From an uncultured Actinomycetota bacterium (GTDB lineage: Bacteria > Actinomycetota > Acidimicrobiia > Spongiisociales > UBA4744): DNA of 64,000 nt. The notes below the pieces were generated by a model. That model ran no database searches. It worked only from the letters and a program-made list of their open reading frames with translations, and was not told the DNA's origin. The DNA lies in contig CAVQSB010000019.1 in the NCBI GenBank assembly GCA_963715305.1, forward strand, positions 19,072-83,071, written 5' to 3'. Position numbers and translations under genes: made by a program. Positions 61,352 through 64,000 of this stretch are shown here, piece by piece. Position 1 is the first letter of the stretch. Each line of letters starts with the position of its first letter.

Positions 61352-61860
61352 ATGATTCCTGATGTCGAGCGGCGCCGGACCTTCGCGACAGTCGTCGATG
61401 AGGTCTATGAGCCGCTGCAGCGCTACCTGCGCCGGCGCGCCACCATCGACGACGCCGACGAGCTGCTCGACGACGTCCTGCTGACCGTCTGGCGCCGCCT
61501 GCCGGACGTTCCCGAAGGGGCCGCCCTCCCCTGGTGTTACGGGGTGGCCCGCCGGGCGCTCGCCAACCAGCGCCGCGGTCAGCATCGGCGGCTCAATCTG
61601 GTCGCCCGCCTGGCCGCCCAGCCGCTCGCCGCCCGTTGACGAAACGGGGCCGGCGAATACCCGGAGCTGGCCGCCGCTTTGAGCCAACTGCCCGAGGCGG
61701 ACCGCGAGGTGTTGCGGTTGTGGGCGTGGGAGCAGCTGGAACCCCGCGAGATGGCGGTGGTGCTGAATTCCACCCCCAACGCCGTCAGCCTGCGCCTCTC
61801 CCGGGCGAAGAAGAAAGCTGGCGCACCATCTGCGAACGACAGGATCCGGTCGATGCCGGA
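61352..61860 (+). pseudogene. ECF-type sigma-70 family factor, frame changes near 61630 and 61815
   Basis: Region 2 (DDADELLDDVLLTVWRRL) in ORF 61352... Region 4 (EADREVLRLWAWEQLEPREMAVVLNSTPNAVSLRLSRAKKK) in ORF 61679... Confidence 0.55.
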
Positions 61861-61895
61861 CACAAGGGGAGCAGAGACACCGGAGAGCACCGATC

Positions 61896-62490
61896 ATGAA
61901 CGACGATTTGCGCACCAACCTGAGCCGACTGGACCCGATGCACTCCGGCGTCCCGACCGAATCCCCGACGACTCCGTCGTCCCGAAACAGATTGGAGCGT
62001 GTCATGTCCACCAACCTTCGTGAACAGCAGTCCCGGGAGCGGCCCCGCCGCCAGCCCTGGATCATCGCGGCTGCGTCGGTCGCCGCCGCCTCGCTGGCCA
62101 TCGTCGGTGTCCTGTCCCTGACCGGCAACCCCGGCCCTTCCGGACCTCCGCTGACCTTGTCGCTCGGCGAGGGCGACGCCATGTCGTCGTGCCTACCCTT
62201 CGAGGTCGGCATCCTCGCCGGTATGCCGATGGCGTTCGAGGGGACGGCCACGGCCGTCGACGGCGACCGGGTCACCCTGACCGTCGACCACTGGTACACG
62301 GGCGGCGACGCCGCAGAGGTTTCCCTCACCGGCCCGGCCGGTCTGGAAGCCCTGATCGGCGGCATCACCTTCGAAGCCGGGCGGCCAGTACCTGATCACC
62401 GCCGAGAGCGGCAACGTCAACTACTGCGGCTACAGCGGAGAGGCCACCGCCGACATGCGGGCCGCCTTCGACCAGGCATTCGGAGGCTGA
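61896..62490 (+). pseudogene. Anti-sigma-factor-like single-pass membrane protein, frame change near 62385
   Basis: Lies immediately downstream of the ECF sigma gene. Single TM (PWIIAAASVAAASLAIVGVL). The extracytoplasmic domain continues in another frame to QYLITAESGNVNYCGYSGEATADMRAAFDQAFGG. Confidence 0.4.
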
Positions 62491-62575
62491 AATGTGCGCC
62501 CGGCCGGGGCTGGTTGTGTGCCGACCAGCCCGGCCGGCACACAACTAGCCTCTGGTGTGTACTCGAGGAGACGCT

Positions 62576-63717
62576 ATGGACTTCGCACCTTTGCCCGAAC
62601 ACGAAGCCTTTCGCAGGGTCGTCCGGGAGTTTGCCGAAGCGGAGATAGCACCTCACGCCGCGGAGTGGGACCGGACCCGCACGTTCCCGCTCGAGGCCGT
62701 CCGCAAGATGGGCGACCTGGGCCTGTTCGGTCTGCCCTTCCCGGAGGAATTCGGGGGATCGGGCGCCGACTTCATGACCCTGTGCATCGCCATCGAGGAA
62801 CTGGCCCGGGTCGATCAGTCCGTGGCGCTCACCCTGGAGGCCGGGGTCGGCCTCGGCGCCAACCCGATCTACCAGTTCGGCACCGACGAGCAACGCCAAC
62901 GGTGGCTGCCCGATCTGGCCGCCGGACGGACCCTGGCCGGGTTCGGACTCACCGAGGCGGAGGCCGGCTCCGACGCCGGCGCGACCCGCACCAGAGCCGA
63001 ATTGGACGGGGACTCCTGGGTCATCAACGGTTCCAAGGCGTTCATCACCAACTCGGGGACGCCCATCACGTCGCTGGTCATCGTCACCGCCCGTACCGGG
63101 ACCCGACGAGATCAGCGCCATCATCGTCCCGGCCGGCACGGACGGGTTCACGGTCGAACCGGCCTACCGGAAGATGGGTTGGCACGCTTCGGACACCCAC
63201 GGGTTGGTGTTCGAGGACTGCCGGGTGCCGGCCGACCATCTCCTCGGCGAGCGCGGCCAGGGGTTCCGCCAGTTCCTGTCCATCCTCGACGACGGCCGGG
63301 TCGCGATCGCCGCCCTGGCCGTCGGGGTGGCCCAGGCGTGCCTCGACCACAGCGTGGCCTATGCGACCGAGCGGGCCACGTTCGGCCGTCCCGATCGGCA
63401 GCAACCAGGCGATCGCCTTCAAGTGCGCGGACATGGAGGTGGCCGTCAACGCGGCCCGCCTGCTCACCTACCGGGCAGCCTGGCTCAAGGACCAGGACCA
63501 GCCCTTCAAACAGGCCGCCGCCATCGCCAAGGTCTACGCCACCGAAGCCGCCGTCACCGCCACCCGCGAAGCCGTCCAGATCTTCGGCGGCGCCGGCTTC
63601 CTCGACGAGACCCCGGTGGCCCGCCACTACCGCGACGCCAAAGTCCTCGAAATCGGCGAAGGCACCTCCGAAATCCAACGCCTCGTCATCAGCCGCGGCC
63701 TGGGGTTACCGATCTAG
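62576..63717 (+). pseudogene. Acyl-CoA dehydrogenase, at least 2 frame changes (about 63095, 63400)
   Basis: N-domain MDFAPLPEHEAFRRVVREFAEAEIAPHAAEWD...GSDAG in ORF 62555... The middle and C-domain (FGGAGFLDETPVARHYRDAKVLEIGEGTSEIQRLVISR) are in ORFs 63174.. and 62494... Confidence 0.7.
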
Positions 63718-64000
63718 ACCGTTCTTGCGTGACTTTCCTGCACTATGGCCCGGTTTCTCACGCAAGTTCAGGAGAGATCCGAACCATCGAGCCAGTCGGT
63801 TGATTTCTCGAGGATGAACTCGCTCACCTGGTGACAGCGGTCCATGACTTCGCAGGGGATCTGGCCGCCCATGAACGCTTCGGCCAGGGGGACCTGGACG
63901 CCGGCGACGATCGAGAGACTGCGGCGGGGGGCGTCGGTCACGGACGCGAACGAATCAATTGCCGACACTTCCAGCGGGAGTTCTGCCCCGCCCACTCCGG

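Noticed and set aside
1-64000. tRNA and rRNA genes
   Set aside because: No T-loop (GTTCGAATC-like) or anticodon-arm patterns and no rRNA-like conserved stretches were spotted by eye. Absence is not proven without a covariance-model scan.

Overview
High-GC (about 65%) chromosomal segment, judged by eye, that looks like Actinomycetota because of an MshA-type GT4 glycosyltransferase, an MPT70-like fasciclin protein, a 13E12-type HNH remnant and a DUF2510 protein. The exception is the first ~365 bp, which are sharply AT-rich and look foreign or chimeric. Gene content is mostly housekeeping and respiratory. On the minus strand there is a b6-type quinol:cytochrome c reductase cluster (membrane protein, 2x[4Fe-4S] ferredoxin, cytochrome b6, a repeat protein fused to subunit IV, Rieske protein, diheme cytochrome c). 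A tightly coupled plus-strand ccoN/ccoO/ccoP-like cluster has ATGA overlaps and atypical features. Other recognisable units are dtxR-feoA-feoB-feoC, tdh-kbl, nfeD-flotillin, an intact B12-dependent ribonucleotide reductase nrdJ with a promoter and tandem NrdR-like boxes, an ATP-dependent DNA ligase, asnA, a mycothiol mshA-like gene, galE, a trmH-family gene, maf, an ECF sigma/anti-sigma pair, an S41 protease, an M23 peptidase and a zinc metallopeptidase. The most striking property is that roughly half of the recognisable genes are broken by one to four frameshifts or nonsense codons (subtilisin, pncA, GNAT, geranylgeranyl reductase, rhodanese, rex, qcrC-like, ABC ATPase, ccoN-like, ccoP-like, AAC(3), mshA, asparaginase II, moaD-like, GntR, asnA, kbl, feoA/feoB, galE, EamA, DUF559, maf, S41, ECF sigma, acyl-CoA dehydrogenase). 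Long neighbours stay intact (nrdJ 1140 aa, ligase 511 aa, flotillin, tdh and others). This fits either a pseudogene-rich decaying genome or an indel-prone assembly; some lesions are substitutions, which favours real decay for at least part of them. Candidate novel biology: a recurring ~35-aa module ([IM]-P-E-x-L-[LV]-[RQ]-R-S-A-[EQ]-A-[RK]-A ... [IV]-L-[AG]-x-[MW]-x-G) found as tandem repeats fused upstream of cytochrome b subunit IV, as a stand-alone mini-ORF after b6, and at the N-termini of both the CcoO-like and CcoP-like cytochromes; a CcoN homolog that appears to have lost all canonical histidine ligands; and a DUF559 pseudogene embedded in GC-rich palindromic repeats. No CRISPR, rRNA or tRNA was recognised.
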